Shown: one piece after another, positions 47,943 through 58,150 of the stretch
Position numbering within the stretch: the first letter of the stretch is position 1
How the letters are laid out: every line of letters begins with the position of its first letter
Origin: Pseudomonadota bacterium
GTDB taxonomy: Bacteria > Pseudomonadota > Gammaproteobacteria > Steroidobacterales > Rariloculaceae
Assembly: GCA_036231525.1 (NCBI GenBank)
Contig: JAZAGZ010000123.1
Coordinates: forward strand, 1-58,150
Reading direction: 5' to 3'
DNA: 58,150 nucleotides
Position numbers and translations under genes: made by a program
Notes under the pieces: model-generated
What the model was told of the DNA's origin: nothing
Database searches by the model: none
The model's input: the letters and a program-made list of their open reading frames with translations, nothing else

Positions 47943-50096
47943 ATGGATTATGCTGCTGCCATCCGAGAACGGTTACCTGTAGCTTGGCGAGGGGATGACT
48001 TTGGGCAGCTGGTTGCTGTTCTGGAGAGCTATCTACCTGAAGAGGAACTCGAAGGCATTTTCAATGCCTACGAACTTAGCGCAAAAGCTCATGAGGGACA
48101 GCAGCGTTTAAGCGGGCAGGCTTATATTTCACACCCCATTGCAGTCGCCAAAATTCTTGCTGAACTCCGTCTTGATGTAAGCACAATAAAAGCTGCTCTG
48201 CTCCACGACGTACTGGAAGATACATCCTGCACATTGGAGGATATTCAGAAGAATTTTGGCGAGGACGTTGCCGTATTGGTAGATGGTGTTAGCAAGCTAG
48301 ATAAGCTTCATTTTCACAGCGCAGCGGAGGCTCAGGCAGAGAGCTTTCGCAAGATGTTGTTGGCCATGGTTAAGGACTTGCGAGTTATCCTGGTTAAGCT
48401 CGCGGATCGGACGCACAACATGCGAACCATCGATGCGCTGCCGGCTGAGAAAAGACGTCGTATTGCGAAAGAGACGCTGGAGATCTACGCACCGATTGCA
48501 AATCGACTTGGGATCTACAGTTTGAAAGTTGAACTTGAAGATCTGGGTTTCAAGGCGTTCTTGCCGTTTCGTTACCGTGTAATGGAGAGCGCTCTTAGTA
48601 AAGCAAGCGGTAGTCAACGACAGTTTTTGCGGAAGATTGAGACGAAACTGAAAAAGAATATCAGAGATCATCAAATCAATGGGCGTCTAGTTACTCGTGA
48701 GAAACACTTATACAGTATTTACTCGAAGATGCAGAGGAAACATATCCATCTGTCAGAAATTGTAGATGTCTTTGGTATTAGGATTGTGGTTCCCGACATA
48801 GACACATGCTATCGCGTGCTTGGTTTAGTACATCAGATCTACAAGCCAATGCCCGGTCGTTTCAAGGATTACATATCTATTCCACGGGTAAATGGGTATC
48901 AATCTTTGCATACAACGTTATTTGGTCCCAAAGGAATGCCGCTCGAGGTACAAATAAGGACCGAGGAAATGGATCAAGTAGCTGAGCGTGGGATTGCTGC
49001 ACCTTGGCAATATAAAGCGGTGGAAAAACATACCTATAGTGCAGAGGCTAGGGCTCGTGATTGGTTGCAAGGACTTATGGAGATGCAACAGGCGGGCAAC
49101 TCTGAGGAGTTTCTAGAGACGGTCAAGGTAGACCTGTTTCCGGACAAGGTATATATGTTCACCCCAAAGGGGGACATTCTGCGTCTCCCGCGTGGTGCAA
49201 CCGCGGTTGATTTTGCATATGCAGTGCACACGGATGTTGGGAATCGATGTGTCGCCGCAAAAATAGATCGTCGGCCTGTACCGCTGAAAACTACCCTGAG
49301 TAATGGGGATACGGTAGAGATTATTACTGCCCGTTCCGCAAAACCTAATCCCAGCTGGGTGAATTTTGTTATAACCGCGAAGGCACGCAATGCAATACGC
49401 GGGTTTCTTAAAAGTCTCAAAAAAGACGAAGCTCGAGAGCTTGGGAAACGTCTTTTGAGTCAGGCTCTTAGACCCTATTCGCTTAATCTTCGCCGGTTGC
49501 GAAAAACACAAATGGGCAGCTTGCTAAAAGAGCTTGGGGGTCTGGATATGGGTGAGTTATACGAGCAGTTGGGACTCGGAGAGCGCTTGGCCCCAGTTAT
49601 CGCTGGGATGCTTGCGCAACAGGTAGATGATGAAGGAGACGTTGCCGCTGAGCGTCGGCCACTCGATATTGCTGGTACTGAGAGTCTATTGGTGTCATAT
49701 GCTGGGTGTTGTCGCCCAATACCGGGCGATGACATCGTTGGTTTTATGTCGAGTGGTCGCGGTGTTGTGATTCATAGAAGTAACTGTCATCACGTTGCCG
49801 AGTACCGTAAGCATCCTGCGAAGTGGATTCCTGTGGATTGGCGTCGTGGTATTAAGGGGGAATTCCAGTCGGAGATTCAAGTTAAAACATTAAACCGGGT
49901 TGGATTGCTCGCGGAGGTTGCAGGGCGCATATCAGCAACACTGAGTAATATAGACCACGTGAATGTTGAAACTGATGATGACGAATCAACGCTGCTGTTC
50001 AGGCTTAATGTGCGTGACCGGCGTCATCTTGCACAGGTTATTCGCAGTATTCGAACAAATCCTGGTGTGGTTCGCGTGAATCGTGCTATGGGATAA
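47943..50096 (+). CDS. spoT: Bifunctional (p)ppGpp hydrolase/synthetase SpoT
   Basis: HD motif [43 protein letters not shown]-terminal ACT domain; gmk-rpoZ-spoT synteny. Confidence 0.96.
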   Translation: MDYAAAIRERLPVAWRGDDFGQLVAVLESYLPEEELEGIFNAYELSAKAHEGQQRLSGQAYISHPIAVAKILAELRLDVSTIKAALLHDVLEDTSCTLEDIQKNFGEDVAVLVDGVSKLDKLHFHSAAEAQAESFRKMLLAMVKDLRVILVKLADRTHNMRTIDALPAEKRRRIAKETLEIYAPIANRLGIYSLKVELEDLGFKAFLPFRYRVMESALSKASGSQRQFLRKIETKLKKNIRDHQINGRLVTREKHLYSIYSKMQRKHIHLSEIVDVFGIRIVVPDIDTCYRVLGLVHQIYKPMPGRFKDYISIPRVNGYQSLHTTLFGPKGMPLEVQIRTEEMDQVAERGIAAPWQYKAVEKHTYSAEARARDWLQGLMEMQQAGNSEEFLETVKVDLFPDKVYMFTPKGDILRLPRGATAVDFAYAVHTDVGNRCVAAKIDRRPVPLKTTLSNGDTVEIITARSAKPNPSWVNFVITAKARNAIRGFLKSLKKDEARELGKRLLSQALRPYSLNLRRLRKTQMGSLLKELGGLDMGELYEQLGLGERLAPVIAGMLAQQVDDEGDVAAERRPLDIAGTESLLVSYAGCCRPIPGDDIVGFMSSGRGVVIHRSNCHHVAEYRKHPAKWIPVDWRRGIKGEFQSEIQVKTLNRVGLLAEVAGRISATLSNIDHVNVETDDDESTLLFRLNVRDRRHLAQVIRSIRTNPGVVRVNRAMG

Positions 50097-50104
50097 CAAT
50101 CGGG

Positions 50105-50488
50105 ATGGCCGAGAAACGATACATTCACACGAAAGCTGCACCAGCCGCTATAGGGACCTACAGTCAGGCGGTTCGCACCGGCCACACGGTTTATTTATCA
50201 GGGCAGATCCCGTTAGACCCGTCGACTATGGAATTGGTTGATGGGGATATAGACGCTCAAATACGTCAAGTGTTCGATAACCTTAGCGCTGTGGCGGGAG
50301 CTGCTGGTGGGAGCCTTTTCGATGTAGTAAAGCTTACCGTTTATCTTGTCGATATCGGAGACTTTCCACGTGTGAATGAAATAATGTCAGAGTACTTCGA
50401 AAAACCTTACCCCGCTCGTGCTGCTGTTGGAGTTTCTGCACTTCCAAAGACAGCGGTGGTTGAAATGGACGCGATCCTGGTTGCCTGA
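50105..50488 (+). CDS. RidA family enamine/imine deaminase
   Basis: [33 protein letters not shown]...VEMDAI. Confidence 0.94.
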   Translation: MAEKRYIHTKAAPAAIGTYSQAVRTGHTVYLSGQIPLDPSTMELVDGDIDAQIRQVFDNLSAVAGAAGGSLFDVVKLTVYLVDIGDFPRVNEIMSEYFEKPYPARAAVGVSALPKTAVVEMDAILVA

Positions 50489-52571
50489 ATCTCTCCCCAG
50501 CCCGAGCCACGCACTCGAAAGACCAACCACTGCTATGAAAGGGGTCGGGCCTAAGCTCGCAGAGCATCTTCTACGGATGGGCGTGGAACGAATCGGCGAC
50601 CTTTTGTGCCTCTTACCAATTCGCTACGAGGATCGCACGGAAATCAGGCCTTTGGGGGGATTAAAGCCGGGGGAAAAAGTGTTAGTGGAAGGGAAGCTAG
50701 AGCTTGCCGAAGTTGTTTTTCGCCATCGTCGCTCGCTTCTTTGTCGGATTTCTGATGGGACCGGAGCGATCGTACTGCGTTTCTTTCACTTCAGGAAAGC
50801 GCAGCAGCAAACCCTCTCTCGTGGAGTCCTACTTCGATGCTTCGGTAGTGTTCGTGCTGGACCAACAGGGTTAGAGATGATTCATCCAGAATATAAAATT
50901 TTGATGGCTGGTTCGGAACCCCTGACTAATGTGATGACTCCTATTTACCCAACCACTGAGGGTCTTCAACAGCAACGATTGCGAAGACTGACGCAGCAAG
51001 CTGTGGATATTCTCGAGCACGTTCCGCTGACAGATTATTTAAGGGGACAGTTGCCTGAGGATTGGCCTACGCTTAATCAGGCGCTGAGGTTTCTGCATGG
51101 ACCACCTCAGGGTTGCGAGCTGGACCTACTACTCCACGGCACGCACCCATGCCAGAGACGAATGGCATTGGAGGAGCTTGTGGCACAGCGCCTCAGCCTT
51201 CGCCAGTTAAATATACGCAGAACGCACACGCGTGCTATGCCACTTAAAGATGTCAACAAACTGGTCCCGCAACTTAGATCCCAATTGCCATTCGTCCTCA
51301 CCAGTGCTCAGGAAACTGCTCTTGACGATATTCTCTCTGATGTTGCTACCGTGGTGCCGATGCACCGGCTTCTGCAGGGTGATGTTGGCTCAGGAAAAAC
51401 AATCGTCGCAGCAATAGCTGCACTAGTTTCAGCTTCTGCGGGGAGCCAAACTGGTTTTATGGCACCTACTGAACTACTTGTCGAGCAGCACTTTGGCAAT
51501 CTATGTGATTGGCTTCGTCCGCTGGGAATTGAAGTAGTGCGTCTAACAGGCACTGTTATGGGGCCAGCCCGCTCCAAGGTACTCAGTAGCATTGCTGCAG
51601 GCCAGGCACAGGTTGTCGTTGGCACCCATGCACTCTTTCAACAAGGGGTCCAATTCAGGAAGCTTGCGTTGATGATAGTAGACGAACAGCATCGATTTGG
51701 CGTGCACCAGAGGCTAAAACTCAAGCAAAAGGGTCAAAAGGGAGTTCTATCTCCGCACCAACTGGTGATGACCGCAACGCCGATTCCACGCACCTTGGCA
51801 ATGACCGCTTACGCTGACCTCGACTGTTCAATCATCGATGAATTGCCTCCCGGTCGCCAGCCCGTTCAAACTGCGGTGGTGCCCGAGAGTCGGCGTCCGC
51901 AGTTGATTCAGCGGGTGTTAGCGCACTGTCGGGCTGGGCGACAGGCGTATTGGGTGTGCCCGTTGATTGAAGAATCGGAAGTTATGGATTCACAGGCAGC
52001 CGCTGAAGTTGGGCGGGAACTTGAACTAGCCTTGCCAGAATTGGCCGTAGGGCTGATACACGGCCGGATGAGGTCTCAAGAGAAGGACGCTATTATGCGT
52101 CGGTTTAAGGAAGGAGGTCTGGACCTACTCGTCGCAACGACGGTAATTGAAGTGGGAGTTGACGTCACCAACGCTAGCCTAATGATCATCGAAAACTCCG
52201 AGCGGATGGGACTTTCCCAGTTACATCAATTGCGTGGGAGAGTTGGTCGTGGTAGTGAGGCTTCTAGCTGCGTGTTGCTCTATAAATCTCCACTATCCGA
52301 AGTGGCTCAACAACGTCTACGTGTGATAAGAGAAACGTCTGATGGTTTTCTCGTTGCACAAAAAGACTTGGAGCTTCGGGGTCCCGGTGAGGTTCTCGGT
52401 ACTCGCCAGGCTGGGATTATGCACTTGAAAGTGGCTGATCTAGTAAGAGATTCAGATTTACTACCACAGGTCATCAAGCTGTCTGATGAGCTGTTAGAGA
52501 AATATCCACAGAGAGTACCGCCCTTGATTCGGCGTTGGGCTAGTGGGACAACTGAGTATGCAAAGGTATAA
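50481..52571 (+). CDS. recG: ATP-dependent DNA helicase RecG
   Basis: [49 protein letters not shown]; start uncertain (TTG 50481 or ATG 50535). Confidence 0.96.
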   Translation: MPESLPSPSHALERPTTAMKGVGPKLAEHLLRMGVERIGDLLCLLPIRYEDRTEIRPLGGLKPGEKVLVEGKLELAEVVFRHRRSLLCRISDGTGAIVLRFFHFRKAQQQTLSRGVLLRCFGSVRAGPTGLEMIHPEYKILMAGSEPLTNVMTPIYPTTEGLQQQRLRRLTQQAVDILEHVPLTDYLRGQLPEDWPTLNQALRFLHGPPQGCELDLLLHGTHPCQRRMALEELVAQRLSLRQLNIRRTHTRAMPLKDVNKLVPQLRSQLPFVLTSAQETALDDILSDVATVVPMHRLLQGDVGSGKTIVAAIAALVSASAGSQTGFMAPTELLVEQHFGNLCDWLRPLGIEVVRLTGTVMGPARSKVLSSIAAGQAQVVVGTHALFQQGVQFRKLALMIVDEQHRFGVHQRLKLKQKGQKGVLSPHQLVMTATPIPRTLAMTAYADLDCSIIDELPPGRQPVQTAVVPESRRPQLIQRVLAHCRAGRQAYWVCPLIEESEVMDSQAAAEVGRELELALPELAVGLIHGRMRSQEKDAIMRRFKEGGLDLLVATTVIEVGVDVTNASLMIIENSERMGLSQLHQLRGRVGRGSEASSCVLLYKSPLSEVAQQRLRVIRETSDGFLVAQKDLELRGPGEVLGTRQAGIMHLKVADLVRDSDLLPQVIKLSDELLEKYPQRVPPLIRRWASGTTEYAKV

Positions 52572-52610
52572 ATTAGGCGAATTTAGAAGGGCCTATAAAA
52601 TGCAATACTG

Positions 52611-53564
52611 ATGAATTCTTCCTTCGACATAGAAACACTTCGCATATTCATCAGTCGATTGAGTCAACGGGGACGATGGTTCAGCAAACATCTAGGCATT
52701 GTGCTCCAACACTATATGGCTTACGTACGATTGGTACGACTACATCAACCAGTTGGGATATGGCTTTTGCTATGGCCAACTCTGTGGGCGCTGTGGATTG
52801 CTGGTGAAGGGCGCCCTGACCAGCGAGTATTCATTGTATTCGTTTTTGGAACCGTGGTACTGCGTGCGGCTGGCTGCATCATTAACGATTACGCTGATCG
52901 GAAGATAGACCTTCATATCAAGCGGACGCGAGACCGTCCCTTGGCTACCGGGGAGGTTACTATTTCAGAAGCGGCCATACTATTTGTGGGATTGATGTTG
53001 ATTGGGTTTGGTCTCGTATTGACGATGAACAGGCTAACTCAAGTCTTGGCAATTATTGGCGCGCTTATTACGATCATCTATCCGTTCAGTAAGAGGTTTA
53101 TTTCTTTCCCGCAATTTGTACTGGGGATTGCTTTTGCTTGGGGGGTCCCTATGGCGTTTGCGGCTCAGTTGGGCGCCATACCTAGGATAGGGTGGTTGTT
53201 GTTCATTACAACTATCATCTGGGGAGTTATATACGATACTGAGTATGCTATGGCAGACCGAGAAGATGACCTTAAGATTGGGGTCAGATCGACAGCAATA
53301 CTTTTTGGTGATTTAGATCGGATATTTGTTGGCGTGCTGCAATTGATGTTTCTTGGCGCACTGATTCTAGTATGCCGAAGCGCCGAGCTTGGGGCATGGT
53401 CCATGGTTGGTATCGCTTTGGCTGCAATTTTCTTTCTGTATCAGCAATATCTTATCCGAGGTCGTGACTCTAAGCTCTGCTTTGCCGCATTCAGGAACAA
53501 CACCACTTTGGGTATGTGCGTATTCGTCAGTATCCTTTTGGATTACATCTTTAGCGGTAGTTAG
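52611..53564 (+). CDS. ubiA: 4-hydroxybenzoate polyprenyltransferase
   Basis: RLHQPVG.WLLLWP, GCIINDYADR..D..IKRT..RPL, YDT.YAMADREDD; true start may lie downstream. Confidence 0.96.
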   Translation: MNSSFDIETLRIFISRLSQRGRWFSKHLGIVLQHYMAYVRLVRLHQPVGIWLLLWPTLWALWIAGEGRPDQRVFIVFVFGTVVLRAAGCIINDYADRKIDLHIKRTRDRPLATGEVTISEAAILFVGLMLIGFGLVLTMNRLTQVLAIIGALITIIYPFSKRFISFPQFVLGIAFAWGVPMAFAAQLGAIPRIGWLLFITTIIWGVIYDTEYAMADREDDLKIGVRSTAILFGDLDRIFVGVLQLMFLGALILVCRSAELGAWSMVGIALAAIFFLYQQYLIRGRDSKLCFAAFRNNTTLGMCVFVSILLDYIFSGS

Positions 53565-53604
53565 AGGCTGGTGGTGATTCAGCAGTAAAACTGGTAGCAG
53601 TTGT

Positions 53605-53637
53605 TTGAAAACCTCTTATGTTATTAAAAGTTGACAG
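53605..53637. promoter_or_regulatory. BirA (biotin repressor) operator overlapping a TTGACA -35 element
   Basis: TTGAAAACC-N15-AGTTGACAG resembles the BirA consensus TTGTAAACC-N14/16-GGTTTACAA; about 75 bp upstream of bioB. Confidence 0.72.
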
Positions 53638-53711
53638 ACTCCAGATTCGTTCTCAATATTCTTTTCTCAGGCGAGTCATTTTTTGCGAGCAATAGATTAG
53701 GAGCGTCTCGT

Positions 53712-54734
53712 ATGTTTTTAGAAGCCGCGCAAACGAGATCAACGGGGTTAAAAGTTGGGCCGGTTCTGGTTACCGCCGATGTCCGGACCGACTGGACGGT
53801 AGGCGAAGTCGCAGCTGTATTTGATTTGCCGTTTAACGACCTTCTTTACGCTGCGCAATGGGTGCATAGACAACATTTCGAGTCCAATACCGTACAAGTT
53901 TCAACACTGTTATCCATTAAAACGGGCGCTTGCCCTGAGGATTGCGCGTATTGCCCTCAGAGCATCCGGTACCAGACAGGTGTTGAGGCTCAGGAGATTA
54001 TGTCGCTTGAGGCAGTGAAACGGTCTGCCCAGGAGGCTAAAAACGCAGGAGCCACCCGATTCTGTATGGGGGCTGCTTTCAGGGGGCCTAAAGATGCTCA
54101 AATCGAACAAATTTCTGAGATGATTTGCGAGGTTCGAGAGCTTGGGATGGAGACTTGCGCGACACTAGGGTTGCTTACAGCATCTCAAGCAAAAAGTCTG
54201 GCGCAGGCTGGTCTCGATTACTATAACCATAACTTGGACACTTCTGAGTCCTTCTACCCAAAAATAATTACCACGCGCACCTACGCAGATAGACTTCATA
54301 CACTAGAGCATGTGCGTGCTGCAGGAATGAAAGTATGTTGTGGCGGTATTATGGGAATGGGGGAAAGTCGGAGTGATTGGGTAGATCTCTTGCACGCACT
54401 TGCTACCCTTGAGCCCCAACCTGAGAGTGTGCCGATCAATCAACTGGTGCCCGTTCCAGGGACGCCGCTAGGGGACAAAAAAACTCTTGATGGATTGGAA
54501 TTTGCTCGTACCGTGGCTGTCGCGCGTATATTAATGCCTTGTGCCCACGTGCGTTTGTCTGCTGGCCGGACAGAATTTACTGACGAGTTACAGGCATTGT
54601 GTTTTGCAGCAGGGGCAAATTCTATTTTTTATGGGGATACGTTGTTAACTACCGAGAATCCGGAGCGAGAAGCGGACCAAGTGTTGTTTTCGAAACTCGG
54701 ACTCAAACCTGAACCTGTGCAACACCTTACTTGA
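53712..54734 (+). CDS. bioB: Biotin synthase
   Basis: [17 protein letters not shown] (radical SAM CxxxCxxC), RFCMGAA, YNHNLDT, CCGGI.G, PESVPIN; ATG 53712 after AGGAG. Confidence 0.97.
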   Translation: MFLEAAQTRSTGLKVGPVLVTADVRTDWTVGEVAAVFDLPFNDLLYAAQWVHRQHFESNTVQVSTLLSIKTGACPEDCAYCPQSIRYQTGVEAQEIMSLEAVKRSAQEAKNAGATRFCMGAAFRGPKDAQIEQISEMICEVRELGMETCATLGLLTASQAKSLAQAGLDYYNHNLDTSESFYPKIITTRTYADRLHTLEHVRAAGMKVCCGGIMGMGESRSDWVDLLHALATLEPQPESVPINQLVPVPGTPLGDKKTLDGLEFARTVAVARILMPCAHVRLSAGRTEFTDELQALCFAAGANSIFYGDTLLTTENPEREADQVLFSKLGLKPEPVQHLT

Positions 54735-54780
54735 TGGCAGCCTCTCGAAGGAAGGAGGCGCCCATGGCGCGATCCAATCC

Positions 54781-55698
54781 ATGACTAACAATCCAGTCCC
54801 AAGAATTGGTTTTCCAGAGAGATGTGCTGCACTAAAACGTCTAGCAAAAGCTAGTACCACCTTTGATGATTCGGATACCGTGCATACGGAGGTGCGGGAC
54901 CGGATGCTGGAGAGGTTAAAATTTTTCAGGTTAGCTCCCCGGCGTGTACTCGATCTTGGCTCGGCAACTGGTAAGGGTACTATTGAACTTGCAGCGCTCT
55001 ATCCAGAAGCACAGATCATAGCGGCCGAATTGTCACATCCAATGGCTGCACAAACGCAAAAACGTTGCGTAGATCTTAATTTCACGCATACCGTGGTAGG
55101 TAACGCAGAGCAACTCCCGTTCCTAGAAAATAGTATCGATTTGGTTTTCGCAAACCTTCTACTACCTTGGTGCGATCCCCAAGCTATGTTTGGTGAAATC
55201 TCGAGAGTTCTTTGCGATGGTGGTCTGGCTCTCTTTACAACTGTTGGGCCAGATACTCTACAAGAGGTACGCAAAGCTTGGGCCGCCGTGGACGAGAAAG
55301 TGCATGTTCACGGCTTCGTTGATATGCATGACTTAGGTGATTTGGCGGCCAGAGCGGGGCTAATAGAACCTGTAATGGATATAGATCGCCTGCGGGTTGA
55401 TTACGGAAAGTTTGAGCAGCTCGTGGCCGACCTAAGGGCATGCGGGGCTACGAATGTGGCCTTTGGGAGACGGGTTCAGCTCACTGGTCCTCGCCGCTGG
55501 CGCGCTTTCTGCGAGAGGCTAGAAGCCTACCGGAGCAAGGGAACGCTTTCGATTAGTGTGGAATTGATATTCGGTCAAGCTTGGGGAATGACCCGCTCAG
55601 CCGTGACAGATGATGGCGCTGTGAAGGTGTCCGTTGACGAGTTGACCCGAAGTTTGCGTCGTGGTGATGGCGAGTCGAGTGCGAATGGGATCAGGTAA
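54781..55698 (+). CDS. bioC: Malonyl-ACP O-methyltransferase BioC-like
   Basis: VLDLGSATG SAM motif, DLVFANL, GPDTLQE, F.DMHDLGD, EPVMD; follows bioB. Confidence 0.85.
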   Translation: MTNNPVPRIGFPERCAALKRLAKASTTFDDSDTVHTEVRDRMLERLKFFRLAPRRVLDLGSATGKGTIELAALYPEAQIIAAELSHPMAAQTQKRCVDLNFTHTVVGNAEQLPFLENSIDLVFANLLLPWCDPQAMFGEISRVLCDGGLALFTTVGPDTLQEVRKAWAAVDEKVHVHGFVDMHDLGDLAARAGLIEPVMDIDRLRVDYGKFEQLVADLRACGATNVAFGRRVQLTGPRRWRAFCERLEAYRSKGTLSISVELIFGQAWGMTRSAVTDDGAVKVSVDELTRSLRRGDGESSANGIR

Positions 55699-55787
55699 CA
55701 AGATAGTTCTGTTACAATTTCTTTTGCGGCAGCGTAGCCGTTCCCACCGTGAGAAAGCACTTCGGATAAATTCTAAGGTCGGTTGAC

Positions 55788-56774
55788 TTGAAAACCTATT
55801 TTCTTCGGTTAGCGCGTGTCGGGCTTTTCCTCGCCTTCTTGGTTGTAATTGTTGGTGCCTGGGTTCGGCTGACAGACGCAGGACTCGGATGCCCCGATTG
55901 GCCGGGTTGCTACGGGCAGTTAGTTGTTCCTGGAAGTGCGTCTGAACAGGCTGATGCGATTACGGCTTTTCCTGAACGTCCTCTAGACGTTGGAAAAGCG
56001 TGGCGCGAGATGATCCATCGCTACCTCGCGACTGGACTTGGTTTGATATGCATGGTTCTGGCAGGACTGGCATGGTTGAATCGGTTTGATCCGGCTCAGC
56101 CCAAGAGAATGCCCGCCGTGCTGCTCGGTGTAGTGATTTTTCAGGGGCTGCTAGGGATGTGGACGGTAACATTGCTTTTAAAGCCCGTTATCGTCGTGGC
56201 TCATTTGTTGGGGGGGCTGACAACATTGGGACTTTTGTTCTGGCTTGGCGAGTGGCGCCGTGAAGATTTATTGGGCATTACACCCGCACCATTGCTAAAA
56301 CTACTGGCTCCCATCGCCGTGATTGTGTTAACGCTGCAGATTTCTCTGGGTGGATGGACGAGCGCGAACTATGCTGCACTAGCCTGCCCGGATTTTCCAA
56401 CTTGCCAGACGCGTTGGTGGCCACCGACGGCAGATTTTCAGGAGGGATTCGTAATTTGGAGGGGTCTAGGCGTAGACTACGAAGGCGGTGTGCTAGACAA
56501 TCCAGCCCGCGTCTCGATTCATTTTGCACATAGACTTGGCGCTATTTTGACTACAGCAATCTTAGGTTTCCTAGGATGGCTGATGGCGAGGAGAATTCAA
56601 TTCAGACTGGATGGAGTCGTATTGCTCGTGACGCTTACGTTACAGCTGATTATAGGTGTGAGTATTGTGCTGTACAGCGCTCCACTAGTTATTGCGGTTG
56701 CCCACAATGGGGGCGCAGCCTTATTGTTACTGACGGTTTTAAATGCTAACCAAAGAATTCGACACAATAAATGA
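55788..56774 (+). CDS. ctaA: Heme A synthase (COX15/CtaA)
   Basis: GAWVRLTDAGLGCPDWPGCYG, EMIHRY, LGMWTV, ACPDFPTC, HFAHRLGA, AHNGGA. Confidence 0.93.
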   Translation: MKTYFLRLARVGLFLAFLVVIVGAWVRLTDAGLGCPDWPGCYGQLVVPGSASEQADAITAFPERPLDVGKAWREMIHRYLATGLGLICMVLAGLAWLNRFDPAQPKRMPAVLLGVVIFQGLLGMWTVTLLLKPVIVVAHLLGGLTTLGLLFWLGEWRREDLLGITPAPLLKLLAPIAVIVLTLQISLGGWTSANYAALACPDFPTCQTRWWPPTADFQEGFVIWRGLGVDYEGGVLDNPARVSIHFAHRLGAILTTAILGFLGWLMARRIQFRLDGVVLLVTLTLQLIIGVSIVLYSAPLVIAVAHNGGAALLLLTVLNANQRIRHNK

Positions 56775-57657
56775 GCCTGTAATCGCCCGCTGGCGAGACT
56801 ACTACTCTCTCACGAAACCTAGAGTGGTGCAGTTACTGGTTTTTACTGCGATCGTAGGGATGTTCCTCGCAGTGCCCGGCATGGTTCCTTGGGACATTCT
56901 CTTGTTTGGTAGTTTGGGCATCGGGTTTTCAGCAGCATCTGGAGCTGCAGTCAACCACATTCTAGATCAGCGTCTAGATGCGGAGATGGTGCGGACGCGC
57001 GATCGGCCCTTACCCACAGGGCGGATTAACGAAAAAGATGCCCTGACCTTTGCGATATGCCTGGGCTTTGTGGGGATAGCAATACTGGCACTGTTGGTGA
57101 ATCTATTAACGGCGATGCTGACTTTTCTATCGCTCATCGGGTATGCGGTGGTTTATACCGTGTACCTGAAGCGAGCGACACCTCAAAACATTGTTATTGG
57201 TGGTGCTGCAGGAGCCTCGCCCCCAGTTTTGGGTTGGACAGCCGTAACTAATGACGTCACAGGATACGCATTACTACTTTTCCTGATTATATTTACTTGG
57301 ACGCCACCGCATTTCTGGGCGCTGGCGGTAGCGCGTAGAGATGACTATGCAAAAGCTGGTGTGCCAATGCTACCGGTTACCCATGGGTTAGAGGTCACAA
57401 AATCTTTCGTTTTGTACTATACGATTCTCCTGCTTCTTGTCTCGTTACTCCCCTATCTGACGGGTGTGGCGGGAGTTCTTTATTTTTTCGGTGCACTGCT
57501 CCTCGGTGTGGGGTTTATCTACTATGCGATCCTGCTGAAGTACGGTAGGGCTGAAAACATTGCCATGAGGACCTTTGCATATTCAATCAGCTATCTGATC
57601 GCGCTCTTTACCTTCTTGTTAGCCGATCACTATATTCCTACTTTTTGGCCCGAGTAG
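56743..57657 (+). CDS. cyoE: Protoheme IX farnesyltransferase (heme O synthase, CtaB/CyoE)
   Basis: LTKPRVV, N..LD..LD..M.RT..RPLP.G, LKRATPQNIVIGG, WTPPHFWALA, DY..AGVPMLP. Confidence 0.95.
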   Translation: MLTKEFDTINEPVIARWRDYYSLTKPRVVQLLVFTAIVGMFLAVPGMVPWDILLFGSLGIGFSAASGAAVNHILDQRLDAEMVRTRDRPLPTGRINEKDALTFAICLGFVGIAILALLVNLLTAMLTFLSLIGYAVVYTVYLKRATPQNIVIGGAAGASPPVLGWTAVTNDVTGYALLLFLIIFTWTPPHFWALAVARRDDYAKAGVPMLPVTHGLEVTKSFVLYYTILLLLVSLLPYLTGVAGVLYFFGALLLGVGFIYYAILLKYGRAENIAMRTFAYSISYLIALFTFLLADHYIPTFWPE

Positions 57658-57687
57658 TTTTTCGACTCAAGAGAGCCTTCTTACATC

Positions 57688-58150
57688 ATGGACGTCACCG
57701 CGATCGTCGATCCACTGAATGATGCGCAGAGGGAAGCAGTAACTGCTCCGAAGCGCCCCACGCTAGTGCTCGCAGGTGCCGGCAGCGGCAAGACTCGGGT
57801 GCTCGTACACCGTATTGCGTGGCTTATCTGCGTTGAGGGCCTTTCACCGCAACAGCTTCTTGCGGTCACGTTTACGAATAAAGCAGCCTCGGAAATGCGC
57901 CGAAGAATTGAAGCCCTTTTGGGATTTCCTACGAGACACTTTTGGATCGGAACATTTCACGGTCTGGCTCACCGCTTGCTGAGAATCCACTGGCACGAGG
58001 CAGGTCTGGCAGAAGGGTTTCAGATAATGGATTCGGAGGATCAACTGCGTATGGTTCGCCGCTTACTAAAGAGGCTGGAACTAGACGAAAATGAGTGGGT
58101 ACCCCGGGAAATGCAGTGGTTTATAAATGCTCAAAAGGATGAGGGGCTCC
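57688..58150 (+). CDS. uvrD: DNA helicase II (3' end beyond window edge)
   Basis: Not in ORF track. Manual translation gives MDVTAIVDPLNDAQREAV, LVLAGAGSGKTRVLVHRIAWL, LAVTFTNKAASEMRRRI, WIGTFHGLAHRLLR. Confidence 0.95.
   Translation, partial: MDVTAIVDPLNDAQREAVTAPKRPTLVLAGAGSGKTRVLVHRIAWLICVEGLSPQQLLAVTFTNKAASEMRRRIEALLGFPTRHFWIGTFHGLAHRLLRIHWHEAGLAEGFQIMDSEDQLRMVRRLLKRLELDENEWVPREMQWFINAQKDEGL

Noticed and set aside
57681-58044. Short ORFs 57681-57869, 57776-57982 and 57844-58044
   Set aside because: Alternate frames of the partial uvrD gene starting at 57688.
1-58150. CRISPR array, tRNA/rRNA, IS, prophage, defence or secondary-metabolite cluster
   Set aside because: By eye I found no regularly spaced repeats, tRNA-like elements, transposases or phage genes, and nearly all long ORFs are core genes. 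An Rfam/tRNAscan run would be needed to exclude small RNAs.

Overview
Core-genome segment of a Gammaproteobacterium; gene order and protein types suggest a Woeseiales/Steroidobacterales-like lineage, which is an inference. It is densely coding, and I found no tRNA, rRNA, CRISPR, IS or prophage signal. Content from left to right: partial secreted MBL-fold hydrolase, ubiK, an uncharacterised secreted protein, hemX-hemY, orphan ParA, ubiD, dapF-DUF484-xerC-hslVU-DUF971-ubiEJB-MFS, CinA-like, DUF2007, a whole-pathway trpEGDCFBA operon, SLC13 and ABC transporters, ppc-hprA, ybbA/tesA-fadD-DUF2237, pyrF-dgt-aroB-aroK, mrcA, gltA, rpmE, rdgB-rph, yicC-gmk-rpoZ-spoT-ridA-recG-ubiA, bioB-bioC, ctaA-ctaB and partial uvrD. 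The most interesting signals are non-coding or negative. (1) A complete trp attenuator with a 26-aa Trp-Trp leader peptide missing from the ORF track, apparently on a leaderless mRNA. (2) A DnaA-box cluster with DARS-like geometry and an IHF-like site upstream of rpmE. (3) comM, pilMNOPQ and comF are missing from their usual syntenic positions, with an orphan CRP/Vfr-like box in the pil gap. (4) A BirA operator sits before a reduced bioB-bioC operon. (5) The conserved SpoT AAHW motif carries a His-to-Pro change. I cannot support a novel multi-gene system from this sequence alone.
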